From assembly GCA_963836075.1 (NCBI GenBank), contig CAWIIB010000001.1, positions 1,088,001 to 1,152,000 of the forward strand: a stretch of DNA of 64,000 nucleotides. The letters run 5' to 3'. Positions 63,425-64,000 of this stretch are shown here, one piece after another. The notes beneath the pieces were generated by a model that did not search any database, was not told where the DNA came from, and saw only the letters and a program-made list of their open reading frames with translations. Source of the DNA: an uncultured Acidobacteriota bacterium (lineage in GTDB: Bacteria > Acidobacteriota > JAQAZP01). Both the position numbers and the translations under genes were made by a program. Positions within the stretch are counted from its first letter, which is position 1. Every line of letters begins with the position of its first letter.

Positions 63425-64000
63425 TGGAAAGACCTCCAGAAACGAATTATGATCTAGCCATGAAATCGGGACCGCCTTGTTTGATGGCTGGCGGTCGGAT
63501 CGATCGCTGAGGAAACCGGGTGTCCTAGCCTCCCTTCCTACACCGCCAGGATTCGGGATTACAATGGTTTTGATTCTGCATTGCTATTTCATGTCCGCCC
63601 GCGCGTGGCTGGCGAAACAAAGTACACCGCAAAGGGAAGGACCGGGAGGTCAGGCAGGAAGGAGAGGTCGGTAGTTCGATAGATCTCGGATTCATCAGGC
63701 CTGTCTGCAATGGATCACGCCATGGTGAACTGCACCACGGATGGCTATTCATCCTGCGGCTCGTTAGTGAAGCACCAGGAGCACGGTTCGCGCGCAACTT
63801 CGTCCAACTGCCTATTAAAATATAAATAATTTCCCCAAAAGTCAATACCTTTTCAAACAGTTAGCGGTCGAGGATAAACTGATTGTTGATAAAACACCTG
63901 CGGGAGTGGACAATCCGAGGAAACTTGGGAGGTAAGGAACGGAAAGAACATTGGGATCCCGGTTATTGCCATCCCGGACATGTATCGACATTATTTATGC

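Noticed and set aside
1-64000. tRNA, rRNA, known riboswitches, IS elements
   Set aside because: None recognised by eye; a covariance-model scan would be needed to exclude small RNAs.

Overview
GC-rich chromosomal window, probably from an anaerobic Acidobacteriota-like bacterium (acidobacterial-type VWA protein, sulfatases, korDABC; taxonomy is inference). The left third is mostly housekeeping and resistance genes: GldG/DUF4340, DRG-type GTPase, arsR-arsP-arsEFG, NUDIX, a GlnE-like protein and korDABC. The right half is rich in secreted proteins. About ten ORFs are split by single frameshifts, most likely assembly indels. Two structures stand out. (1) A polar, integrase-less cassette array at the 3' end of yjbQ (21356-32831). 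The intact gene is followed by three cargo blocks, each carrying a minus-strand secreted-protein gene and closed by a copy of the yjbQ 3' end (246, 296 and 114 bp). The copies differ mostly at synonymous sites and the most distal is the most diverged. Orphan 3' tails of other genes sit directly behind the yjbQ stop codons. (2) A ~120-aa C-terminal domain I do not recognise (WRAG[WY]TN...DVTxxPYNQPP) caps four unrelated secreted proteins: an S8 protease, a BNR-repeat protein, a hexaheme cytochrome and a gingipain-like C25 protease. It is a candidate new secretion or surface-anchoring signal. All identities were counted by hand and no database search was run.
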